64,000 nucleotides of DNA. Source: Octopus sinensis (Eukaryota). Position 1 is the first letter of the stretch. Each line of letters begins with the position of its first letter. The stretch lies in contig NC_043005.1 of NCBI RefSeq assembly GCF_006345805.1, positions 9,796,001 through 9,860,000 on the forward strand, given 5' to 3'. Below the pieces are notes generated by a model, which had not been told where the DNA came from, did no database searches, and was given only the letters and a program-made list of their open reading frames with translations. Made by a program: the position numbers and the translations under genes. Of this stretch, positions 54,071-64,000 are shown piece after piece.

Positions 54071-54245
54071 CTTATAACAGGCTCGTCGCCATTTACACAT
54101 ACATAGTTAGCCCAAAAGTAAGTAGGGTCATTTGAAACCAATAAGGCTGCTGGTATGTAGATTGTCTTCTCAGTTATCCTTAATCCAAATACCTCTTTGC
54201 AAATTTGTAACATAGCTAAACTCATCAAAATATACAAAGTAAAAT
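54071..54245 (-). CDS. probable coding exon A of an unrecognised gene (phase 1 to 2), signal-peptide-like start
   Basis: gtgccctttttatcag|AT TTT...ATA AG|gtagtc; DFTLYILMSLAMLQICKEVFGLRITEKTIYIPAALLVSNDPTYFWANYVCVNGDEPVI. Confidence 0.5.
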
Positions 54246-54287
54246 CTGATAAAAAGGGCACAGAAAGGCTGCGGTAAAGAATGTAAA

Positions 54288-54680
54288 ATGCAACGTTTCG
54301 GAAAAGATCTTTCTTCAGCGAAATAAGTTAGAAGAGAAATATATTATAATAGAGTTTAATGGAAAGCTGTCCCTTCTTCTCAAACATTTAGTTCATTAAA
54401 TTCATTGTAATCATTACACTCGCTTGTCTCCCTATCTTTTCCCTTCTCAAGCTTGAGTTTGCCTTTTCTCTTCATCCCATAACTCTTTCCTTATTCCTTC
54501 TCACACTATTTCTCCTACAATTTCTTGTTAACGTATGAACCTCACCTGATCCTGCATTCCTTATCAGTTGTAGACAGTTTTTTTTTATTAGAAGATATAA
54601 ATTTCTCCTGTCTCACTTTTGTTTCACTCCTTTCAACTTTATCTTGAAGATGGTTGTTGTCCGAAACGTTGGATTTTCCA
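54288..54680. mobile_element. degenerate Penelope-like segment with two outward-facing HHR-like motifs
   Basis: Minus CTGAAGA..ccGAAACGTT (54291-54320); plus TTGAAGAtgg..ccGAAACGTT (54641-54674). Confidence 0.5.
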
Positions 54681-54925
54681 CTCCTCATAATAAGTTTACT
54701 GTTTCCTTTTTATCAATTTTACTATATACGTCTTAACGACGCAAACCCCCACCAGCCTCTCTGATGTCCGTTTGATACGATATACATATATGTATTTATA
54801 TACATCCACACACATATGTATACGTATGTATATACATAGATGCTTATATTCCTATGCGTACATATATGTTACATGTACAAGCACATATATATATATATAA
54901 ATATGCATATATATGTGTGTGTGTT

Positions 54926-54992
<67 letters not shown>

Positions 54993-55309
54993 GTTTGTGT
55001 AAAGAGGAAACGGTAAAGATTTTCCATTTTTCTTTGTCGCTAAAACTGTATGTCTCTCCAACTCAGCTTAAGTTGAATATTTAAAATTTTAATCCTTGTA
55101 AAATTATATCTCCATAAAAATTTACATATTATTGCCTGCTTTAAATGTTTCAATTTTACCGTCATCCCTTCTAATGAAATCAACTGAGAACTGATCTTTA
55201 GCATGATGTCTGCATATTTCCTGGCTCCATCCATTTAATTATCTGTGACGGCCAAGTTTTGACCCTGTTACACATATCATCTATTTCATTATAGCTAGTG
55301 TTAATCATG

Positions 55310-55694
55310 TGGAGGCGCAATGGCCCAGTGGTTAGGGCAGCGGACTCGCGGTCATAGGATCGCGGTTTCGATTCCCAGACCGGGCGTTGTGAGTGTTTAT
55401 TGAGCGAAAACACCTAAAAAGCTCCACGAGGCTCCGGCAGGGGATGGTGGTGATCCCTGCTGTACTCTTTCACCACAACTTTCTCTCACTCTTACTTCCT
55501 GTTTCTGTTGTACCTGTATTTCAAGGGGCCGGCCTTGTCACTCTCTGTGTCACGCTGAATATCCCCGAGAACTACGTTAAGGGTGCACGTGTCTGTTGAG
55601 TGCTCAGCCACTTACACGTAAATTTCACGAGCAGGCTGTTCCGTTGATTCGGATCAACCGGAACCCTCATCGTCGTAATCGACGGAGTGCTTCC
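55310..55694 (+). mobile_element. SINE C, full length
   Basis: TSD TGTTAATCAT. Confidence 0.9.
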
Positions 55695-57319
55695 ATGTTA
55701 ATCATATTTGTGTAGGCTTGTTTTATATAAAAAGCATGTGATTGTGTCAGTTTATATGTTGTTGTTGAGATCTTTCATTAATTGATATCCTTCACCAGGA
55801 AGGTCTAGACCGAGTCTGATGCAATGCCCAACTGCCTATAGTTCCAAACGTGTAATATTTGTTGATATTCGCTCTTTCTAGATCGTATTTTAGAAATGCT
55901 TCTGGGTCACAACTTTGTTTTTCTCCTTACACTCTTCGACTTATGCAACAACACCCCATCGCTGTAACTATCACAAACAGCCACATCTATGCAAAGAATA
56001 CTCCCTTATCATTACTTCTTAAAATAACAAACCTGGGAGAGTCTACATAATCGACTGACCTGTAGGAAACAGTAGTTAATTTACCCTCATATCACACCGT
56101 TTTGTCTTAAAGAAAGGAAAAGAGATGCTGGAATATGCAGTCCTGACTTCGATCCTATTCTGATTTTGAATCATTACTATATCTTTAGGACCCCAAGAAA
56201 AGGCATGAACAGCAAGATTGGAGCCGCAATGGCCCAGTGGTTAGGGCAGCGGACTCGTGGTCGTAAGAACGCGCTTTCGATTCCCAGACCGGGCATTTTG
56301 AGTGTTTATTGAGCAAAAGACACCTAAGCTCCACTAGGCTCCGGAGGGGAGGAGTGGTATTATTCTTGAAAAAATCAAGGACAGATTTGTGGCAGCTTTA
56401 ATACCTTGGTGGAAGATCCCTGGTCAATTGAGTCAGAGATCATCTGGCCTAAGCTAGAACAGCAATTTCATAAACTTCAACTCTTTGTGGTCATCCACAT
56501 AAAACCATACCAGTTTTATGAATACAGTCATTGAAAACTTTCTCCAATGAAATCATGGCAATTTTGTCTTCACTAGCAACGCATATACGCACATTCCAAA
56601 CATATATCAAGAAAAATGAATATTTATCCACTAGCAAAGCATGAACACCGCATAGCTAAAACCCACCCACATAGTCCTCTTCTACCGTTGTTACATTGTC
56701 TGCTGCTTCTCAGAAATTGATAGTCACGTGCTACATCCGCTCAATCACCTTCGAATCTTTCGTATCTACTTCGTTTTGACTCATCTTTTACCCTTTCCCT
56801 GCCTCATACTCCTCATTTCACTCAATCCTTGCTTCCCGGACCGTGAGTTTTCTGAATTCTTTATGCCTTTTTTGTAGTTGTCAATTTTCGACAGCTTACG
56901 AGGATCATTAAACGCAATATAATTATTGGTAAACAGGAAGAGAACGTGGTACCCCAGTTGAGCACAGAGTTCTTGATTACACGATTAAAGATTCTTTTAA
57001 AAAGATTAACCATCTTGCTGTTCACCTTCTTCTTCTTCCAATCAGGACTCACGCCATTAGCCACAAAGAATAATCTCTAATTCGAGACTACTCTAAGCTA
57101 CTAAGAATGCGTGTAGTAACTCGAAGATCCACCCACCACACGCGATAGACTGGCGGTTGCACGGGCGCGAAAGCTACGTTGTTATCCTCATTCCGTAAAC
57201 GGCGGCTTTAAGCGGGTGGAAAGCTGAACTATCCTGGGGTACAGAAGATTCGCAATCTAGACTAGGGTCTGAAAGTTTACCACACTGTAACGGATTACAC
57301 CATAGTTCTTATGCTTTGT

Positions 57320-57520
57320 GGCAGAAGTAGGAAAGAAAAGTGAGAGAAAGTTGTGGTGAAAGAGTACAGCGGGGTTCACCACTCCTCCCCTCCGGAGCCT
57401 CGTGGAGCTTAGGTGTTTTTTGCTCAATGAACACTCACAATGCCCGGTCTGGGAATCGAAAGCGCGTTCTTACGACCACGAGTCTGCTACCCTAACCACT
57501 GGCCATTGCGCCTCCACTCT
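57320..57520 (-). mobile_element. SINE C head and core
   Basis: Reverse complement matches the family C 5' part. Confidence 0.75.
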
Positions 57521-59044
57521 TGCTATTCATGCCTTTTCTTATGGTTTTAAAGATATAGTAATGACTCTAAATCAGATAGGATCAACTTGCAAACCAGAAT
57601 GTACAATGACACCAAATTAGAAAAGAAACCGACTTGCGGATTATTTCCAAATTGTCAAATTCCTAGACTACGTTGTTCGGAAGCATTATAAATATTACTT
57701 ATTTGTAACAAGGTTTAACATCTTATTTATTCTAAAGATTTAACATCTTATTTATTCCAAAATGAAGATTATTATAGTGTTTATGCCTTCTTGCTTCCTG
57801 GGCTGTCAATGATACAAATTACAATGGATTCTAATAAGAAGAGAAATCACATCACTGATTTATCAAACCTTGAACTTAACCTGTATCACCAAGTTACACA
57901 TCACATATAGCGGTGATAGATACAGGAATTAGAAATCTCCATCCCTTTCTGGCGATCATTAGTAGTTTACTTAATTGGGTCTGCTTGGCAGAATTGGTTT
58001 ATCTATCGAAGAAGCACAGAGCAGAACAGCTGCCAGGTAAGAGAAGAAAAGATCAGTAGTAATTTGTCTATTAATTTTGCCGACGTTAATTTCCCCAGTT
58101 TTGACTATTTTATAAATAAATGAACGGTAAAATGAATAATGAGGCAGCTCATTAACAACTCGTTGGGACTTCTACCGGAAATTCAGAGGTAAATCGCACG
58201 AATTTCATAAAGTAATGATAATCTTTTGGCAGCTTAGAGATTCGGTTCTCCGTTATTAAGAAATGTCGTTTAGCTTAGCCTTCGAAACAACGATCTCCAG
58301 CCACAGTCAGTAGATAAAAAAAGGTATTGTTAATTGATACGTTTTAAGCTTGAAGCTTCCATTCTAACACAATTAATTTTACATTTTTATCTTTTCTATG
58401 TCAAATAAGTATTAGTGATTGTTGTCAGGTTAGTCTAGAGTTATCTTTTGATCCCACAAGCAAACATGTGACAAAATATGTTCATACTGGGACCTTTCTG
58501 CCTTTCCTTTTCAGTGGCACTGTTCCTAAAGCTGCATTTAATGACACAATTTGCGAGATACTTGATTTCTATTACGAATAATTTGTGTGGCCACACAAAT
58601 ACTCCATCAATGCAACGAAGAAGAATGAGTAATATAATAGACGTGTCCCAATGAGCTAATAGTGAATATCAGCAAGTCCGTTCTATAGTCTTGTACCTGA
58701 GTGCCTATAATTAGTAATTTCTATATTAATATTGTACACAAGATATGTCAATATTTTTTATGTTGTTATTGTTATTAATACTTTATTTTATCCACCCTTA
58801 TATGATGAAAGGCATAATTAACCACGCTTTAGGCAACTTTGCGTTTCACTCATAAATAATGAACAGGCGCAGGAGTGGCTGTGCGGTAAGTAGCTTGCTT
58901 ACCAACGACATGGTTCCGGGTTCAGTCCCAGTGCGTAGCACCTAGGGCAAGTGTCTTCCACTATAGCCTCGGGCCGACCAAAGCCTTGTGAATGGATTTG
59001 GTAGATGGAAACTGAAAGAAGCCCGTCGCATATCGTTAGCCACT

Positions 59045-59215
59045 ACATACATTTTTTTCTCTCCTTGTTTTTTCTGTGTCCCTTTCTGTAGAAGAGCGTA
59101 GGCTCGAAACGTAAAAGACTTTTTTTATTCCTGAGCGTTATACTAATACATCTGTTTGTTTTGTACACCACCTGTCTTCGTCTTTTGTCTTTTTCGTAAA
59201 CTCTCCCTATATATA
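59045..59215 (+). mobile_element. short Penelope-like element with variant HHR motif
   Basis: ctttCTGTAGAaGAGcgtaggCTCGAAACGTAaaag at 59082-59117. Confidence 0.6.
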
Positions 59216-59304
59216 TATATATCAATAATAGAGTGATTGTTTCTTGTCAGGAACAAAACGATTAATAGGACTGCTCTAGAAGTGCTCTATTGAAAGAGAC
59301 AAAA

Positions 59305-59545
59305 ATATCAAACTAATGTTATTGAACAAACAAATGCAAGGTCATCCGCATAACAATTCATAATTCGAACATTTAATCATGGAATATACATATAAACATC
59401 CCGCAAGATGGAACATACATTTTTTTAAAAAAACATTACAACACCTAGAAAGTAAAAATATAATATAAAGTAATATATGAAAATATATAGGTATATAAAA
59501 ATATATAAAAAAAAATATATATATATATATATAAGCATATAAAAA

Positions 59546-59589
<44 letters not shown>

Positions 59590-60095
59590 AGCATATAAAA
59601 ATATATAATATATATCATGTAAATAAAATAAAAGTTCATCGTTTAGAAATCTTAAAAATTTATTATTCAAGCAAGAGAAACCTTATAGTTAAAAGGGAAC
59701 CATATTTACTTATCCCTATAGCCATTTCAGGAGTGTATTATGTTTAAAGCACTAGGGTCCATCCAGATAATACCTCCTTCGTCAGGGGAAAAAATACATA
59801 AAGACAGACATCATCGCGTACCAGGCTAGCACAATGCTGTGTGCTTTCCCATTGAAGCATTCATGCTCGGATAAGCCCAAAAAGAAAGTGTATTTTTTTG
59901 AATCGCTAAAGTATTAACTCTAAACCGTGATGAACTTTTTTCTCGCACCTTCTTATATGCTTATATGCTTGTACAGATGAATTATGTTTCATCTTGCGGG
60001 ATGTTTATATGTATATTCTATGATTAAATGTTCGAATTATGAAATGCTATGCGGATGACCTTGCATTTGTTTGTTCAATAACTTTAGTTTGATAT
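59305..60095. repeat. inverted repeat, 113-bp arms, ~565-bp spacer
   Basis: Arms 59305-59417 and 59983-60095; partial HHR core CTGACGAagg on minus at ~59775-59790. Confidence 0.9.
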
Positions 60096-60117
60096 ATATA
60101 TATATGTATATTATATA

Positions 60118-60173
<56 letters not shown>

Positions 60174-60689
60174 GTGTATATGTATGTGTGTCTGTGTTTG
60201 TCCCCCCAACATTGCTTGACAACCGATGCTGGTGTGTGTTTACATCCCCGTAACTTAGCGGTTCGGCAAAAAAAGACCGATAGAATAAGTACTAGGCTTA
60301 CAAAGAATAAGTCCTGGGGTCGAGTTGCTCGGCTAAAGGTGGTGCTCCAGCATGACCGCAGTCACATGACTGAAACAAGTAAAAGAGTAAATGAGTAATT
60401 AATAGAAGGAAATATCCACGTCAAGTAGTTACAGAATTCCAGGAGATGCTAAGGAAGCAAATGTCATGTGATTGATGATACAAAATAGAAATTCTGATTT
60501 TTATATTAGTCTGAATAAAATACACGTTACTGCTGAATATCCTCAAAGAATGGGGAGAGGAAGTAAAAATAAGGAGAGTAAAAACAATGAGAAGCAACAA
60601 CTAAAAGAACAACAGACCCGATTTTCCTAGACAAAACCAGCCAAACGCCGAGGATAGAAAATATATTTAGGCAGGCTTATTCTGACAAA

Positions 60690-61315
60690 TGTGGAGGCAC
60701 ATGACCTAGTGGCTAGAGCAGCGAACTCGCGGTCGAGGAATCGCAGGTTCGAATCTCAGACCGGGCGATGTGTGTGCTTATGAGCGAAACACCTAAGCTC
60801 CATGAGGGCTTCTTTCAGTTTCCGTCAGGTAATGGCGAGCCTCTGCTGACTCTTTCGCCACAACTTTCTCTCACTCTTTCCTCCTGCATTTTGCAGCTCA
60901 CCTGCGACGGACCAGCGTCCCATCCAGGTGGGGAACCTATACGCCAAGGAAACCGGGAAACCGGCCCATGTGAGCCAGGCATGGCTCGAGAAGGAACAAA
61001 CAAAAAAAAGCAACTACCATTTCTAGCAAACGGAGGAACTGTGTAGAAGTCTGATAGCTCGTTTGTTCTCTATGTTTCATATCATTCTTATCGATTTCAA
61101 AAATAAATAGTTAAATGTCCCAAGAACATTACACAGTCATTAAGTTATCAAGTTGGGTTGTACAGTTCCATATTTAACTTTCTCTCACTCTTTCCTCCTG
61201 CATTTTGCAGCTCACCTGCGACGGACCAGTGTCCCATCCAGGTGGGGAACCTATACGCAAGGAAACCGGGAAACCGGCCCTCATGAGCCAGGTATGGCTC
61301 GAGAAGGAACAAAAA
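60690..61315 (+). mobile_element. SINE C variant (V-like tail) plus local duplicate of its 3' part
   Basis: ~60860-61010 repeated at ~61178-61315. Confidence 0.75.
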
Positions 61316-61864
61316 CAATTCTGACAAATGGAAGAGCTCTAGATCGGTATTGTTAACAGCGTTATTCGTAGGGAAAGCCTCGGGTATTTGCTTGCTTTAG
61401 CTGACTTCGAGCCAGTGCAGTGTATCTCTTTCAATAAATCATTTCACTTTACTCATGCATTTCTATCTTTTGTCACTCATCATCAACCATCATTCATCAT
61501 GCACCATTGTCTTCATCACCATTTTTATTTTCATCGTTTGTAGCAATAACATCAGGTTCATCATCATCATCATCATCATCATATTAATCATTACTTTCAT
61601 CGTTGTCGTTGTTGTCATCCTTGACGTCTTAATCCTTTCAATATCATGCAGTTAATGCAATTAATCCTCGTATTTTAATTGCACATAATTAATCGACTTC
61701 GTAAGGATGAAATATGAATTAACTTCGAATGGATTTTAACTGAGAACATAAAGGGACGTAACTAAATAAAACAAGTCCTTTTTTTCCATCGCACATCTTT
61801 GCCAGCCCGTCGTCCTGCATCTCCTAATGTAATGTTTTTATATATTTGTATGTCTATGTATATA

Positions 61865-62292
61865 TTACTCTTTTACTCTTTTACTTTTTTACTTGTTTCA
61901 GTCATTTGACTGCGGTCATGCTGGAGCACCGCCTTTAGTCGAGCAACTCGATCCCGGAACTTATTCTTTGTAAGCCCAGTACTTATTCTATCGGTCTGTT
62001 TTGCCGAACCGCTAAGTGACGGGGAGGTAAACACACCAGCATCGGTTGTCAAGCAATGCTAGAGGGACAAACACACAAACATATATACACACATACATAT
62101 ATATATATATAAATATATATACATATATACGACAGGCTTATTTCAGTTTCCGTCTACCAAATCCACTCACAAGGCATTGGTCGGCCCGGGGCTATAGCAG
62201 AAGACACTTGCCCAAGATGCCACGCAGTGGGACTGAACCCGGAACCATGTGGCTGGTTAGCAAGCTACTTACCACACAGCCACTCCTGCGCC
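61865..62292 (-). mobile_element. SINE B, full length (left member of inverted pair)
   Basis: Reverse complement matches family B end to end. Confidence 0.9.
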
Positions 62293-62303
62293 TATATATA
62301 TAT

Positions 62304-62339
<36 letters not shown>

Positions 62340-62365
62340 GATATATATACTATATATATATATAC

Positions 62366-62420
<55 letters not shown>

Positions 62421-62422
<2 letters not shown>

Positions 62423-62805
62423 CGTAGGAGTGGCTGTGTGTAAGTAGTTTGCTTATTAAACACGTGGGTCCGGGTTCAGCTCCACTGCGTGGCACCTTGG
62501 GCAAGTGTCTTCTACTATAGCCTCGGGCCGACCAAAGCCTTGTGAGTGGATTTGGTAGACGGAAACTGAAAGAAGCCCGTCGTATATATGTATGTGTGTA
62601 TGTTTGTATGTCTGTGCTTGTTCCTCCAACATCGCTTGACAACCGATGTTGGTGTGTTTACGTACTCGTAACTTAATGGTTCGGCAAAAGAAACCGATAG
62701 AATAAGTACTAGGCTTACAAAGTATAAGTCCTGGTGTCGATTTGGTCGACTAAAGGCGGTGCTCCAGCATGGTCGCAGTCAAATGACTGAAACAAGTAAA
62801 AGAGT
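62421..62805 (+). mobile_element. SINE B, full length (right member of inverted pair)
   Basis: Matches family B end to end. Confidence 0.9.
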
Positions 62806-63236
62806 ATATTTGTCCAGAACCACGCCGGACGCGGAGGAGGAGAGAAAATAGTAATTTAGTGAAGGAGACGTAGTGAGAGTAATAGCCCTAGGTGAGATGA
62901 AGTGAGAGAAAATAATAGCAACGAGAGAAACAAAAGGGTGAAAGATGAATAAGGAAGGAAGGGGTGACAAAAATTCAGCGTTTTAACTCTGTGCGAGTAT
63001 ATGTGTATATGTGTGTGCGTGTACAAGGGAAGTATGTGAACGTTAGTATGTGTGATTATTATGTACCTTATTTTTATATAAATTACTACAATTAGCTATC
63101 ATTATTGACGGCACAGGGTCAGATAGTTAACTTTATAAATTATGCATCAAATAATCTTAAATATTTTACGTCTATAATAACTAAACTCTACTCACAATTA
63201 CACTATCCCCAGGAACATTATTACTACTACAACAAC

Positions 63237-63449
63237 TACAAGGGAATACTGAAAACTTCCTGGCTTTGGGTAAAAGAATATACAAGAGGGTCAGTTAATT
63301 ATGATTTTATTCACCATGTTCCCCTCTCAGATTCACACAATTATTATAGCAGTCCTTCAGCTTTTCTAATTCCTGTAAAAGAATTCGGAAGTTTGGGCCT
63401 CCAGCCAAGCCTTTTGCGACACCCAGGATGTTTTCACCACTCACTCGTA
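63237..63449 (-). mobile_element. mariner-derived MITE, decayed
   Basis: Imperfect TIRs TACAAGGGAATACTGAAAACTTCCTGG and TACGAGTGAGTGGTGAAAACATCCTGG; minus frame LEKLKDCYNNCVNLRGEHGE* resembles a mariner C-terminus. Confidence 0.6.
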
Positions 63450-63472
63450 CAATCATCATCATATATCTACCA

Positions 63473-63660
63473 TAAGGCGGCGAGCTGGTAGAATCGTTAG
63501 CATGCTGGACGAAATGTTTAGCGCTAGGTTCTGAGTTCAAATTCCACCGAAGTTGACTTTACCATTCAACCTTTCGGGGTCGATATATTAAATGCCAGTC
63601 AAATACTAGGTTCGATCTAATCGACTATCCCCCTCCCCTCATATTCCATGCCTTGTGCCT
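63473..63660 (+). mobile_element. SINE A, degenerate
   Basis: Family A head and core. Confidence 0.8.
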
Positions 63661-63777
63661 ATAGTACTAAATCTACTACCGCCATTACGCTTACTACTCT
63701 ACCATCAGAACCACTCTCCTACCACTACAACAATCACAAATGCACTGCACCCGACAGTACTACTGCCACTACTACTA

Positions 63778-64000
63778 AGGCTGGTAGAAACGTTAGCACG
63801 TCGGGCGAAGTGCTTAGCGGTATTTCATCTGCTGCTACGTTCTGAGTTCAAATTCCGTCGAGGTCGACTTGGCCTTTCATCCTTTCGGCATCGATGAAAT
63901 AAATACCAGTTACGCACTGGGGTCGATGTAATCGACTTAATCCGTTTGTCTGTCCTTGTTTGTGCCCTCTATGTTTAGCCCCTTGTGGACAATAAAGAAC
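63778..64000 (+). mobile_element. SINE A
   Basis: Family A, runs to the window end. Confidence 0.85.

Larger units (their letters stand above)
58866..60392 (+). mobile_element. SINE B split by nested insertions (left half ~58866-59032, right half ~60165-60392)
   Basis: Both halves in correct order and orientation, separated by ~1.1 kb of other elements and (TA)n. Confidence 0.7.

Overview
AT-rich, microsatellite-saturated animal DNA. The SINE families and the (TA)n/(GATA)n load are most consistent with an octopod cephalopod intron or intergenic region (inference; no database search was possible). There is no prokaryotic gene content, rRNA, intact tRNA or CRISPR array, and most ORFs in the track are microsatellite or antisense-TE artefacts. 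Supported content: (1) at least four tRNA-headed SINE families, some young with TSDs and strongly biased to the + strand; (2) a cluster of R4/Dong-type REL-endonuclease LINE fragments at 31-36.6 kb, one with twin-priming geometry; (3) a full-length decayed DD37D (maT) Tc1/mariner element, a gypsy integrase with PPT and LTR, a CR1-like 3' end, two non-autonomous Helitrons, and a TG..CA MITE with a 5-bp TSD; (4) many Penelope-type minimal hammerhead-ribozyme (HHR) motifs, including a tRNA-headed SINE whose tail is an HHR and which sits as an inverted head-to-head pair at 33.1-33.7 kb, plus DNA hairpins whose apex coincides with HHR stem-III-like palindromes; (5) two phase-compatible minus-strand exons (54245-54071, 51179-51001) encoding an unrecognised protein with a signal-peptide-like start, and weaker exon candidates. 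The HHR-SINE and ribozyme-centred palindrome system is the most interesting signal.
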